The notes under the pieces are model-generated. The model saw only the letters and a list, made by a program, of their open reading frames with translations, was not told the DNA's origin and made no database searches. The translations under genes and the position numbers were made by a program. A stretch of 64,000 nucleotides of DNA from a virus: positions 64,001-128,000 of IMG/VR virus record IMGVR_UViG_3300050821_003907. One strand, given 5' to 3'. Below are positions 30,173 to 39,471 of the stretch, one piece after another; position 1 is the first letter of the stretch; every line of letters begins with the position of its first letter.

Positions 30173-31435
30173 ATGAAGCAAGTCGTACTTAACTACTCGT
30201 TTTCCGTCTCTGGCCTGACGGTAACCCTTAGCGACTTCACGGCTGCCAGCCCGGTGGACCTGAAGCGGCTGTACCTGATAGTGGACGTTACCACTAACCA
30301 GATACTCTATAACTTCGCTGACAGCTCAGTCGCCACCGCTACCATCAGCAGCAATAACGTAATCACGTTGTCCGCGCTTCCCACGGGTCCAGCCAATGGC
30401 GACTCGCTCCAGATTATCTACGACTTGCTGCCTACCGACCCGGTAGCCTACGAAGTACCCCTGGCGTTTCCCGGTTCAATTATCGAAACGCTGTCAGGCT
30501 GGACTTCAGCCACAACGATTAACACCACGCAGAACATTTACCTAGGACCGGCAGCATCGGCTCCTGCTATCATCGTGTCGCTAGACCAGACCAGCACTAT
30601 TTCTGGCGGTGCCATCTCATTCCAGGCGACATATGATGGAACGAACTGGTCAACAGTTCCGTCTAGTTCAGTAGTTGACCCCACTTCAGCTAACTACGCT
30701 ACCATTGCACTGCCTTACACACTGGTGGCGAGTACCAACAAGGTGTTCATGCTGCTGAACAGGGGCTGGCAGGGACTGCGGATAATCCTTTCCACGGCTA
30801 TTACGGGTACGGCTACCGTAACTCCGTACGTTACTATCCTGGGCGATTCTCCGGTTAACCAGGTAGTTGGCACGCCGACTGGCACCACGCCACCTCCTAA
30901 TGCAGTTCCCATTGGCATTAACGGTGCAGGTAACTCCTTGATTACCCCGCTAAGCGCGTACCACGTTGGGCCCTCAGGCGCGGGTGATTATTACCTGGCC
31001 GTAATGAACTACGCGTACAACGGCCAGACGGGAGGAGGGGATGCCACGCGCACTAACATGGATAACATCATCTGTGTTGCCGCTGCTGCTTACACGTCTA
31101 CCCAGACTCAGGCTGACCAGACCAACCCGACAGCCAAGGGCATAATGATAGTGGTTAACGTCACTTCGGCAGGCACGGGTTCTATTACCCCTGAGATTGA
31201 CGTGAAGGACCCTGTGTCCAGCGCGTACGTTTCCATTATGACTGCATCTGCGGCTATCGTGGCTAACGGCACTTACACTTACCTGGTTTACCCCGGCGCA
31301 GCGTCTACCGCAGGAACCAACAACGGGCTTACCCAGACTTCCCAGAACGTGCTCACCCGTACATGGCGCGTCAAGGTAACTGCCAACAACGCCAACTCAG
31401 TAACCTACAGTGTCGGAGCCATGCTAATCAACTAG
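30173..31435 (+). CDS. Virion fibre/decoration-like protein
   Basis: N-terminal YSF...TVTL.DF...LKRLYLIVDVTTNQILYNFAD module; Ser/Thr-rich beta-sheet composition. Confidence 0.55.
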   Translation: MKQVVLNYSFSVSGLTVTLSDFTAASPVDLKRLYLIVDVTTNQILYNFADSSVATATISSNNVITLSALPTGPANGDSLQIIYDLLPTDPVAYEVPLAFPGSIIETLSGWTSATTINTTQNIYLGPAASAPAIIVSLDQTSTISGGAISFQATYDGTNWSTVPSSSVVDPTSANYATIALPYTLVASTNKVFMLLNRGWQGLRIILSTAITGTATVTPYVTILGDSPVNQVVGTPTGTTPPPNAVPIGINGAGNSLITPLSAYHVGPSGAGDYYLAVMNYAYNGQTGGGDATRTNMDNIICVAAAAYTSTQTQADQTNPTAKGIMIVVNVTSAGTGSITPEIDVKDPVSSAYVSIMTASAAIVANGTYTYLVYPGAASTAGTNNGLTQTSQNVLTRTWRVKVTANNANSVTYSVGAMLIN

Positions 31436-31450
31436 CAGGACAGGACGGCG

Positions 31451-32020
31451 ATGGCAGTTAACTACGTCACGATTACCTGTGACCTGTACAACGGTAGTGG
31501 CCAGCCTGATGCTTCAGGAGGTTTTCTGTACTTCTCGCCGTCCAGCACGGAAGTCGATTCCATTGATGGCGTAACTTTGTCTAGCCCTGTCGGCGTTGAG
31601 TTTCAGGGTCAGGTTCCGCAGATTTCCCTGGCAGCTACGGACAACGCCAACTTCGCTCCTTCAGGCTGGAGCTGGAAGGGCGCTTTCGGGCTTAACCCTG
31701 AAATCACAGACCCTCCGGCAGCGTTCACTTTCTTCCTTCCGGCTGGCCCAGCAGCGTTCACAGCCACGCATGCTTCTCCCGCCGTGTTCACGTGGACACC
31801 TACCACAGCACTGACAGCCATAGCAAACGGCACGTCTGTGCAGCTCAGCGGTGGCTCCCTGCCGGGAGGCTTCAGCGCGGCTACCACCTACTACGTGGTC
31901 AGCTCTTCGGGCAGCACGTTCAGCCTCGCAGCCACGCTAGGCGGCGCTGGCATCAACTCTACAGGGACAGGCTCAGGCAACGTGGCAGTCACAGGCGTGT
32001 TCTTGTCATCCGTCATCTAG
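31451..32020 (+). CDS. Stand-alone copy of the N-terminal adaptor of the 27907 protein
   Basis: Colinear with 27907 aa 1-190 (DLYNG.G.P...TDNANF.P.GW.W...LPAGPA.FTAT.ASP.VFTWTPTT...TTYYV..SSGSTF.LAAT.GG..INSTG.GSG). Confidence 0.75.
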   Translation: MAVNYVTITCDLYNGSGQPDASGGFLYFSPSSTEVDSIDGVTLSSPVGVEFQGQVPQISLAATDNANFAPSGWSWKGAFGLNPEITDPPAAFTFFLPAGPAAFTATHASPAVFTWTPTTALTAIANGTSVQLSGGSLPGGFSAATTYYVVSSSGSTFSLAATLGGAGINSTGTGSGNVAVTGVFLSSVI

Positions 32021-32035
32021 GTGTATCCTGTAGGC

Positions 32036-32746
32036 ATGCCCCGCAAGCACAAGTACAGCACCCTGAAAGCACTGGCAGCTGCCTATAAGTCGGGTGAGCT
32101 TAGCGATGAGCCGCTGTGGCTTGACAACGATTGCGCTTTTGTTTACGTAAACGAAAATCCGGATGACGATGATTCAGGTGTAGCGGTATTCTATAGTGAC
32201 CCGTACCAGATTATGTGCGAGGCGCTGGACTTGCTGGGAATCCCACACGAGGGGGTCTGATGAATAATCCTAATTCTTTGTGCGTAAGGCTAAGGCTCTG
32301 GCTAGCCCGTAAGCTGGACATCGGTCCTGACGCAGGCGAGGGCTGGTGCATCAAGTGCTCACTGCACGGAGGCAAGACGTTCATCACTTCCGCAGACGGC
32401 ATAATGCCTCATGTCAGGCTAGACCATCATGGCGCTACAGTTACCGCTCGTACATCTGTGCCTGTATGCAAGAACGAGGACCCGGATGACCTGGTTTAAT
32501 AACGACTGTGTTCGCAGGGCTGTAGCCGCTGAAGTAATCTCACTAGGCATCGAGACAGACCCAGATTTTGAGAAGGCCCTGTACCAGGGCATCCGCGAAG
32601 CTTTCATGGATTTCAACTGGCGAGATTACGGGCTTGACTACGTAGCGGAAACAATCGGTGACGCTGAGGAGTGGATGGATGCGCTAGGCAGCGAAGTGTT
32701 CTATGCTGTTAAGTACACGACCGAATCCTGGAAGGAAAAGCAGTGA
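32036..32746 (+). other. Three small hypothetical ORFs (32036-32260, 32260-32499, 32486-32746)
   Basis: The first is leaderless (TATCCT, 6 nt, ATG); the rest are translationally coupled. Confidence 0.6.
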
Positions 32747-32785
32747 GCCGGGAATATTTGGGCTATTTGGGGTGTTATAATTTCC

Positions 32786-33928
32786 GTGAATAATGCTCAA
32801 AAATCCGCGCAGGCGGAGGCCAATTTTCGTGCTCGTGTCGCTGTACTCGGTGGAGAATGCTTGTACGAGCATTGGAAGGGTATTAAGGTCCCTCATCACG
32901 TGAAGTGTGAAAATGGGCATAATTGCTATCCTTATCCGGGTAACTTGCGTCAGCCTAATAGAGGGCTGTGCGGTAGGTGCATAAGAGTTACCTCTGAGGA
33001 AGCTCATGCCGATTTTCGTAGGCGTATTACGGAATTGGGTGGTACGTGTCTTTTTGAGGTGTGGCTGGGTTCTAATACTCGGCATCACGTGCGTTGCAGT
33101 AACGGTCACGATTGCTATCCCTTGCCAGTTAGTGTGCGAAGTGGAAGTAGTCACCTGTGTAATAGCTGTACGGGCAGGGCGGCAGTAGCCGAAAGAGATT
33201 TTCGAGCACGAGTTGAAGAACTCGGTGGTGTTTGTATTTTTGTAGAATGGCTGGGGTCACAAGAAGGTCATCACGTTCGGTGCGCAGAAGGTCATGACTG
33301 TTATCCACTTCCTAATAAAGTTCAGCAGGGAGCAGGATTGTGCTTCACTTGTTCAGGGCTAGACCCAACAGTGGCGGAAGCTGTTTTTCGGACTCGTGTG
33401 CAGGAACTAGGTGGCACGTGTGTGTTTGATACGTGGGTTAATGCTCATACGGCGCTTCATATAGTATGCCGCGAAGGTCATGATTGCTTCCCTATCCCGA
33501 ATAACGTTCAGCAAGGTCAGGGTATTTGTTATCGATGCGCTGGACGTGAGTGGACAATTTTTTATGTAGTGCGTAATTCAAGAAGAGGCGCAGTAAAATT
33601 TGGTATTACAAGCAACGATGGCTCGGCTAGATTTCGTAGTCACAGGCGGGATGGTTATGACGAAGTGCTGCACTGGCAAACGCTTAGTGATGCTAAGCTC
33701 TTGGAGGATTACGTAAAAGAAGTTCTTGCTCAGCAAGGCTTTGCCCCCGTTAGGGGGCGAGAATATTTTCATGAAACGGCACTTGCGACTATCATAGGCA
33801 GTGTAGAGAAGTGGAATGCAGAATTGGCCCTTGAGAGGAACAGTCGTGTCTTATCGTTATGGGCGTTTGCCCGCACATCCGGAGAGCACTCATCCCCGTG
33901 TTCACCTAGCCGATTACATCCCCGCTGA
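32786..33928 (+). CDS. Putative homing endonuclease: four zinc-ribbon-like repeats + T5orf172/GIY-YIG-like domain
   Basis: Four ~60-aa repeats FR.RV.ELGG.C...W......H..C..GH.C.P.P......G..C..C; C-terminal FYVVRN...VKFGIT...GREYF; AT-richer; its 3' end overlaps the next gene. Confidence 0.7.
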   Translation: MNNAQKSAQAEANFRARVAVLGGECLYEHWKGIKVPHHVKCENGHNCYPYPGNLRQPNRGLCGRCIRVTSEEAHADFRRRITELGGTCLFEVWLGSNTRHHVRCSNGHDCYPLPVSVRSGSSHLCNSCTGRAAVAERDFRARVEELGGVCIFVEWLGSQEGHHVRCAEGHDCYPLPNKVQQGAGLCFTCSGLDPTVAEAVFRTRVQELGGTCVFDTWVNAHTALHIVCREGHDCFPIPNNVQQGQGICYRCAGREWTIFYVVRNSRRGAVKFGITSNDGSARFRSHRRDGYDEVLHWQTLSDAKLLEDYVKEVLAQQGFAPVRGREYFHETALATIIGSVEKWNAELALERNSRVLSLWAFARTSGEHSSPCSPSRLHPR

Positions 33929-34613
33929 GCTTCGTGCAGCAACCCTGCCGGGTACCATCGACTGGGCATCGCGCGTGTCCCAGTGGCCGATGTATGCCAA
34001 CGACAGTATTGGCGACTGCACTTGCGCGACTGTTGGTCACGAGATTCAGGCTTTCACGGCTTTCGCGAACAGCGAAGTAACGCTGCCGGTGGCCGATATC
34101 GTGGACCTTTACTCTCAGGTGTCTGGCTATAATCAGCAGACAGGTGCCAACGACAATGGCGCGGTTATCCAGGACGTTCTACAGTACTGGCACGACCATG
34201 GCGTAGCAGGACACAAGATTTCCGCTTTCGCCTCCGTCAACATCGCCAGCGTAACCGACATGCGCCTGGCGCTGCGGTGGTTTGGCAGTGTGTACCTTGG
34301 CGTCAACGTTCCGCAGTCCGCAGAGGACCAGTTCTCTGCGAACCAGCCGTGGACGGTTGACCCGAACGCTAACAACACCATTATCGGTGGCCACGCTATT
34401 CCGATTCAGGAGTGGGACCCGGCCTGGATGCGCATCGTGACCTGGGGCAAGCTCCAGGAGATGTCCTACCAGTGGTTCCAGTCTTACTGCGAGGAGGCTT
34501 GGGTAGTTATTACCCCCGACTTCCTGAAGAAGAGCGGCCTTGAGGCTTCGGGCGTTTCTCTTGCCCAGCTCACTGCTGACTTCAAGGCCCTTGGAGGCAA
34601 CTCTTACACGTAA
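33846..34613 (+). CDS. Papain-like cysteine peptidase
   Basis: ANDSIGDCTCA (catalytic Cys), IGGHAI (His), IVTWG; GTG start after AGAGGAA. Confidence 0.7.
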   Translation: MSYRYGRLPAHPESTHPRVHLADYIPAELRAATLPGTIDWASRVSQWPMYANDSIGDCTCATVGHEIQAFTAFANSEVTLPVADIVDLYSQVSGYNQQTGANDNGAVIQDVLQYWHDHGVAGHKISAFASVNIASVTDMRLALRWFGSVYLGVNVPQSAEDQFSANQPWTVDPNANNTIIGGHAIPIQEWDPAWMRIVTWGKLQEMSYQWFQSYCEEAWVVITPDFLKKSGLEASGVSLAQLTADFKALGGNSYT

Positions 34614-34624
34614 GGAGGCAGAAC

Positions 34625-34702
34625 ATGGTTACTGGCTGGCTGGCAGTCCTTATCGCTGTCGCTCTCATCCTGCTAATCATCTTTTTCGTCCGGCGTCTAT
34701 AG
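34625..34702 (+). CDS. 25-aa single-TM membrane peptide (not in the ORF track)
   Basis: AAGGAGG SD; MVTGWLAVLIAVALILLIIFFVRRL; followed by a terminator. Confidence 0.7.
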   Translation: MVTGWLAVLIAVALILLIIFFVRRL

Positions 34703-34706
34703 CGCT

Positions 34707-34741
34707 AAGGTCCCCGGAACAAGCCGGGGACCTTTTACTTT
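34707..34741 (+). terminator. Intrinsic terminator
   Basis: 11-bp stem AAGGTCCCCGG/CCGGGGACCTT, 6-nt loop, followed by TTACTTT. Confidence 0.8.
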
Positions 34742-34758
34742 ACGGTATGCTTGCACGC

Positions 34759-34977
34759 ATGAAGTACTTCGTCAAGACTGTGCGCCTGCCACACCTGAAG
34801 CCGGGGGTGGACATGGTTGAATCGCTTGAACTGCACGAGAGCCAGCGTATTGTCAGTGTTGTAGGAGCATCGCCGCCGTTGGCCACGGATTCAAGCATTG
34901 AGCTTATCGTGCTAATCGAGGAGTCTCCTTACTTTGCCAGGGGTGGCCTAGTTCCGTACAGTGTAGGCCCATCTTAA
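34759..34977 (+). CDS. Small hypothetical protein, leaderless
   Basis: TATGCT (34746-34751), 7 nt, then ATG MKYFVKTVRLPHL... Confidence 0.5.
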   Translation: MKYFVKTVRLPHLKPGVDMVESLELHESQRIVSVVGASPPLATDSSIELIVLIEESPYFARGGLVPYSVGPS

Positions 34978-35026
34978 ATATGGGACAGCTGCTAGACTGT
35001 ATTAAAACGCCACTTTAGGAGCTGTC

Positions 35027-37228
35027 GTGACTTACAACACCGTTACGCTGCAAGGCAACGTAATCTACACCAACGGTAGTGGTGACGTTGTCACGGTTAC
35101 GCTGATTCCTACGACATGGTATTACGACATCCCGAATGACACCATTGTCAATCCGCAGTCCCTTTCAGCTACGGCTAACTCTGCGGGTGCGTGGTCTATT
35201 GCCGGGATTATCGACCCGACACCTGACGGCTCAGGTATTCAGTGGACACTTACGGTCAAGGACGCTAACGGCACTACGGTGCTGTACAGTCAGCACGTGC
35301 AAATTGGGTACACTAACGGAGCCACGCAACAGTTCCTGGCGCTTGCCCCTTCGGTAGCTAATACCTCTTTGCTAACTGCCCTTCCCCTTCCGGCAGGCAC
35401 TGCCACAGCTGGGCAGGTTCCCCTTGCCGCAGGCAGTACATCTAATTCCACGTGGGGTAACAACACCGCATTCCTTAACGTCAAGACCATGTACGGTGCT
35501 AAGGGTGACACTAAGAATGTCACTGACGGGGCCATTACGGCCAGCAGCAAGACTCTCACTAGCGCTAGTGCTAACTTCACGTCAGCAGATGTTGGCAAGA
35601 CTGTCATAGTAGCGGGCGCAGGTGCATCAGGTAGTTTCACTACGCTAACCACGACTATCGCGGCTTATGTGTCTTCTACGTCTGTCACGCTTACCGCTGC
35701 TGCGACGAATACGGTTAGCAGTGCAGGCGTATGCTATGGTACTGATGATGTCAATGCTATCCAGAATGCAATTAATGACGCGCTGCTGGCAAGCGTGGGC
35801 ACCCCTAATAACACTAACGGCGCTACGGTTTACCTGCCGCCAGGCCGTTACCTGATAGCTAGCGCGGGCTTGCTTCCCGGTTACTACACCAGCGGGTCCA
35901 CAGTTGGCTACCCGGCTTCTACGGTTACCTTCCAGGGAGCTGACCTGTCCAGTACATCGCTAGTTGCGGGCAGTCAGTTCGTGTTTAACGGGATGATTGC
36001 GTATGGTCGCGGTGGTACGCACATCAACGTATGCCAGATGAATTTTTCAGACATCACGTTTGACGGTAACTGCGCTCAGGGCCTCGGGGGCGCACTGAAC
36101 ATTGACAATGCGGGTGGTGGCGGGCTTGTTGCACTGCCGTGGCCTGGCACGAGTGCCTACACAGGCGCAGGTCTCATAAACAATGTCCGTTCAGGCCGTT
36201 ACCACACGTTCATGCGCTGCAAGTTTTACCGGCCTACAGGCTACGGCTTCCAGCCGACAACAGGCATCAGGCTACTCGGTTGCGAGCTCATGAACATGGG
36301 GCAGTACAACACGGGAGCCGGTGGTTACGATAACCTGGGGTCGGGCCCGGCAGATGCTATTGTAATCGGCTGTAACTGGCACGATTCCAGCGGTAATTTT
36401 TGCGACTTCGTTTCAGGAACTCCCGGTGACTTCATCCGGATGATTATGATTGGCTGTACCAGCACTAACCACACCGCTGGAGGTGCCTGGGGCCTGGGCC
36501 AGGGGTCAGTATTCGTCGGCAACAGCCTGCAAAATAATACCGATGTAGGCTCTGCCGTGTTCTACGATGCGGGAACCGCAGCGGCAAACAGGAGCCGTAA
36601 TGTCGTTACGGGAAACGTGCTGGTTAACATGAACGGCACGGGAACCAATGCTTACGAAGCTTACTGGAACGGGCAGTACGGCGATATTTACACCGCAAAC
36701 TCCATCGGAGACGGCACGCTGGGCACTACTGTTCTTCTGGACAGCACGTCAGGCAATGTTAACAACCTTAACTACGAGCCAGCAGCACTTAATGCGTCTC
36801 TCACGAATGTGGCAATGCCAGGCGCAGGAGATGGTGTTTACACCAGGCTCACCACGTGGGGTAACTCTTCGAGCAGCGTCACGGTCAACATCGCTAACTC
36901 ATCAGGCAACATCTGCATTGCCTTGTATGCCCCGAACTCTACCGGAGGACCTGGTAACCGGATGGCCACTACGGGTTCGGTGGCTTCACCAGGAACAGGC
37001 TTGCAGACGATTAACTTTACCTCGACGGTTATACCCGGAGTAGGCTGGTGGATTGCCATTGCCGCCGATAATAACTCAGTTACATTCAAGGGCTTCGCCT
37101 CTAGTGCAGCTACTGCACCAGACGGGGACTCATATTGCTTCGCTGCTGCCAGCCAGATGCCGTTGCCTTCTACAGCTCCTGCCATTTCATCAGCTATAGC
37201 GCCGAACTTTGTGCTGTTGTCTGCGTAA
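35027..37228 (+). CDS. Third beta-helix tailspike-like protein, unrelated in detail to the first two
   Basis: FLNVKTMYGAKGD...GTDDVNAIQNAIN...VYLPPGRY N-cap split by a ~70-aa insert; beta-helix coils; distinct C-terminal beta-sandwich-like tail. Confidence 0.75.
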   Translation: MTYNTVTLQGNVIYTNGSGDVVTVTLIPTTWYYDIPNDTIVNPQSLSATANSAGAWSIAGIIDPTPDGSGIQWTLTVKDANGTTVLYSQHVQIGYTNGATQQFLALAPSVANTSLLTALPLPAGTATAGQVPLAAGSTSNSTWGNNTAFLNVKTMYGAKGDTKNVTDGAITASSKTLTSASANFTSADVGKTVIVAGAGASGSFTTLTTTIAAYVSSTSVTLTAAATNTVSSAGVCYGTDDVNAIQNAINDALLASVGTPNNTNGATVYLPPGRYLIASAGLLPGYYTSGSTVGYPASTVTFQGADLSSTSLVAGSQFVFNGMIAYGRGGTHINVCQMNFSDITFDGNCAQGLGGALNIDNAGGGGLVALPWPGTSAYTGAGLINNVRSGRYHTFMRCKFYRPTGYGFQPTTGIRLLGCELMNMGQYNTGAGGYDNLGSGPADAIVIGCNWHDSSGNFCDFVSGTPGDFIRMIMIGCTSTNHTAGGAWGLGQGSVFVGNSLQNNTDVGSAVFYDAGTAAANRSRNVVTGNVLVNMNGTGTNAYEAYWNGQYGDIYTANSIGDGTLGTTVLLDSTSGNVNNLNYEPAALNASLTNVAMPGAGDGVYTRLTTWGNSSSSVTVNIANSSGNICIALYAPNSTGGPGNRMATTGSVASPGTGLQTINFTSTVIPGVGWWIAIAADNNSVTFKGFASSAATAPDGDSYCFAAASQMPLPSTAPAISSAIAPNFVLLSA

Positions 37229-37231
37229 TAA

Positions 37232-37260
37232 TTGACACATTAACTCTTCGCATGTAAGCT
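37232..37260 (+). promoter_or_regulatory. SigA/HrdB-type promoter
   Basis: TTGACA, 17-nt spacer ending in TG, then TAAGCT. Confidence 0.7.
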
Positions 37261-37314
37261 TTCACATACCACCTCGGGATGGACCTGAGGAGCAAGAACC
37301 CACGGAGGGTTATA

Positions 37315-38259
37315 ATGGCGCGAGCCGTCCCGCAGGTTGTACGGAAGTATGAGCAGGTTACCTATGAGCGTGAAGTGCTCGGTAATGAACCTGTCAAGGA
37401 ACATCGCGAACCCAAGCTCATCGATACCAAGATTGACGTCAATTTCTACCTGACTGAAGAAGAAGCCCAGCATCTTTATACCGCCCTGGAAATGGGCATT
37501 GATGCTATGGGTAAGGAAGTCAGGAATTATGGGACTCACCGGTCTATGGTGTTGCCTGGGCGTGAGCCGATTAGCTCCACCGCAGACTGGGATGGAGCAT
37601 TCAAGGCAGGCAAGTCTCTAGCAGACATTCTTTTTGACGCTCTCATCACAGCAGTGGAGCACCGGACGGTCGATGAGGAGCCGGAAGAGCCTAAGAAGAT
37701 ACCGGAAGACCTAATACTGTCTGAACTCCCATTCCGTTTGCTTGAATACTATGCTGGGCACCTAGGGCTAGGCGGTAATAGCAAGAACGGTCGAGAATTC
37801 CTTATCAGGGAAGCTGCTTTCGGACGTACCTTTATTGAAGACCACGTAGAAGAAGCAGAGACAGAGCTAGAATCACTAGGATTCCTGCAATGGGAAGTTG
37901 TACCTAACACACCTGAGGGTCTGATTCTTAAGGTCACTGATGCCGGGCGCGTGTTCTTGAAGGCATCTAAGGCGAATACAGTGAAGTCTTTTGCGCCTAT
38001 TAAGTGGAGGAATTACGACACTAATCTGCTAGGCGTAGGGCGTCCTGCGCACAAGGATTCCTGTACTGTCCAGGCTAATCACCACCTTCCTCATTGCGAG
38101 GCAGTAAATAAGTGTGATGCAAAAGCATGTACGTGTGCGGAGGCATTTCCGGAGCGTAATGTAGTGAAGTGGAAGGACCACACTGAGTGCTTTGAAGGCG
38201 GTGGCTGCTTTAAACTTACTCCTGAGCAGGAGAAGGCAGCAGTACACGACGATAAGTAG
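37315..38259 (+). CDS. Hypothetical protein
   Basis: GGAGGG SD before ATG 37315; C-terminal Cys/His-rich segment. Confidence 0.6.
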   Translation: MARAVPQVVRKYEQVTYEREVLGNEPVKEHREPKLIDTKIDVNFYLTEEEAQHLYTALEMGIDAMGKEVRNYGTHRSMVLPGREPISSTADWDGAFKAGKSLADILFDALITAVEHRTVDEEPEEPKKIPEDLILSELPFRLLEYYAGHLGLGGNSKNGREFLIREAAFGRTFIEDHVEEAETELESLGFLQWEVVPNTPEGLILKVTDAGRVFLKASKANTVKSFAPIKWRNYDTNLLGVGRPAHKDSCTVQANHHLPHCEAVNKCDAKACTCAEAFPERNVVKWKDHTECFEGGGCFKLTPEQEKAAVHDDK

Positions 38260-38333
38260 CAGACAACTTACTCTCTCCCTTGTGGTAGACTCGGTCCTAG
38301 CTCATGAGGAGCACAAGGGAGAGAGTAAACAAC

Positions 38334-38912
38334 ATGAAGAATATTATTGTCAACACGTCCGCTAATGGCATGGACCATGTCACGCAAGGTGACTTCTGGA
38401 AGACCACAGCCACCAATGGCGCAGGTCTCGTAGCAGATATCTTCAAGAACCCAGATAAGCTAATGGCTACCTTTGCACACGTGACTGCGGTTAAGTTTGA
38501 GGATGAGCCAGCTCTCGGCGGAGGCGGCGGTGGAGCTATTCCATGGAAGGCATGGGAAGCTTCGTACGAGTACAGGTCTAGTGTAGGCGCTGAAACTAAA
38601 ACTGAGCCAGTAGCGAGTCAAGTGCAGTCTCTTGAAGATGAATGCCGCATTATAGGACTACCTACGTGGCGACTAACCGCACTCCACGAGGGTAATCCTG
38701 TCGTTAATGTATATACCCGCGAAAGTTGTGCGTCAGGGAATATGCTACACGTAGCTACAATCGTCGTTAAACCGGATGATGAGTTTAACATCACAGAAAA
38801 CGCAACGGCTGCTGGTAGTGTGCTTCGGACACACTACACCGACTTCACCAAGTTGGTAGTGGACCTTCTTGACGCCGCCCAAGCTATCAAGGACGCCGGG
38901 AATACCGAGTAG
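38334..38912 (+). CDS. Hypothetical protein
   Basis: ORF 38304-38912 with a better SD before ATG 38334; upstream TG-G-TAGACT -10 box. Confidence 0.6.
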   Translation: MKNIIVNTSANGMDHVTQGDFWKTTATNGAGLVADIFKNPDKLMATFAHVTAVKFEDEPALGGGGGGAIPWKAWEASYEYRSSVGAETKTEPVASQVQSLEDECRIIGLPTWRLTALHEGNPVVNVYTRESCASGNMLHVATIVVKPDDEFNITENATAAGSVLRTHYTDFTKLVVDLLDAAQAIKDAGNTE

Positions 38913-38933
38913 CCTGACAACGTTGTAGCGAGG

Positions 38934-39034
38934 GCAGGCGGGAGCAGAGTTCTCCAGCGGTCAAGAGGGCCGTACCCGCGCCACGCGGGATTTGTTTCTT
39001 ACGGGAGAGTTGAACTAGCTCTGCTCCCGCCTGC
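38934..39034 (+). ncRNA. Candidate structured non-coding RNA (multi-branched, 16-bp closing stem)
   Basis: Perfect GCAGGCGGGAGCAGAG/CTCTGCTCCCGCCTGC stem enclosing TTCTCC/GGAGAG, CGGTC/GGCCG and CCCGCG/CGCGGG helices; G-U pairs work only on the + strand. Confidence 0.55.
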
Positions 39035-39054
39035 ATCTGACCTAGGAGACCGGT

Positions 39055-39471
39055 TTGTCGGGGTTCATGACGCAGTACCTGCGGGGGGACGGGCGTCCTA
39101 CGCATGACCTGAGCAACCTGATGCTTGGCTATAATCCGGAAGTGCGTTATGACCGGGGATGCCGGTTGTCTGACATCGACGGGGTGCTGGATAGTCGCGG
39201 TAAGGTCTGCTTCGTGGAGATGAAGCATCCGCATGAGGGAAGTGACCGGGGCCAGAGGCGTCTGTACGAGGCGCTAGCGCGGCTAGGAGCGGTCATGGAG
39301 CTGACAGAGTACCCCGACAAGCAATGGGCTGGACGCGTCTTCTCGTTGCGCTGGGGCTTTGATTGGGTGCTGCCCGATGTGGCGGCTGTAGAGCAGTTCG
39401 GTTTTTACTGGGCTAAAGACGCTAACATTTACATCAGTCAGGGGAGTACCCCGGAGGGAGCATTGCCTTGA
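39055..39471 (+). CDS. PD-(D/E)xK nuclease-like protein
   Basis: SDIDGVL...CFVEMK motif; AGGAG SD before TTG. Confidence 0.6.
   Translation: MSGFMTQYLRGDGRPTHDLSNLMLGYNPEVRYDRGCRLSDIDGVLDSRGKVCFVEMKHPHEGSDRGQRRLYEALARLGAVMELTEYPDKQWAGRVFSLRWGFDWVLPDVAAVEQFGFYWAKDANIYISQGSTPEGALP

Noticed and set aside
38950-39018. tRNA-Trp(CCA) inside the structured element
   Set aside because: No TTC-GA T-loop, no U33, non-standard arm lengths and no 3' CCA; kept only as an unclassified RNA candidate.
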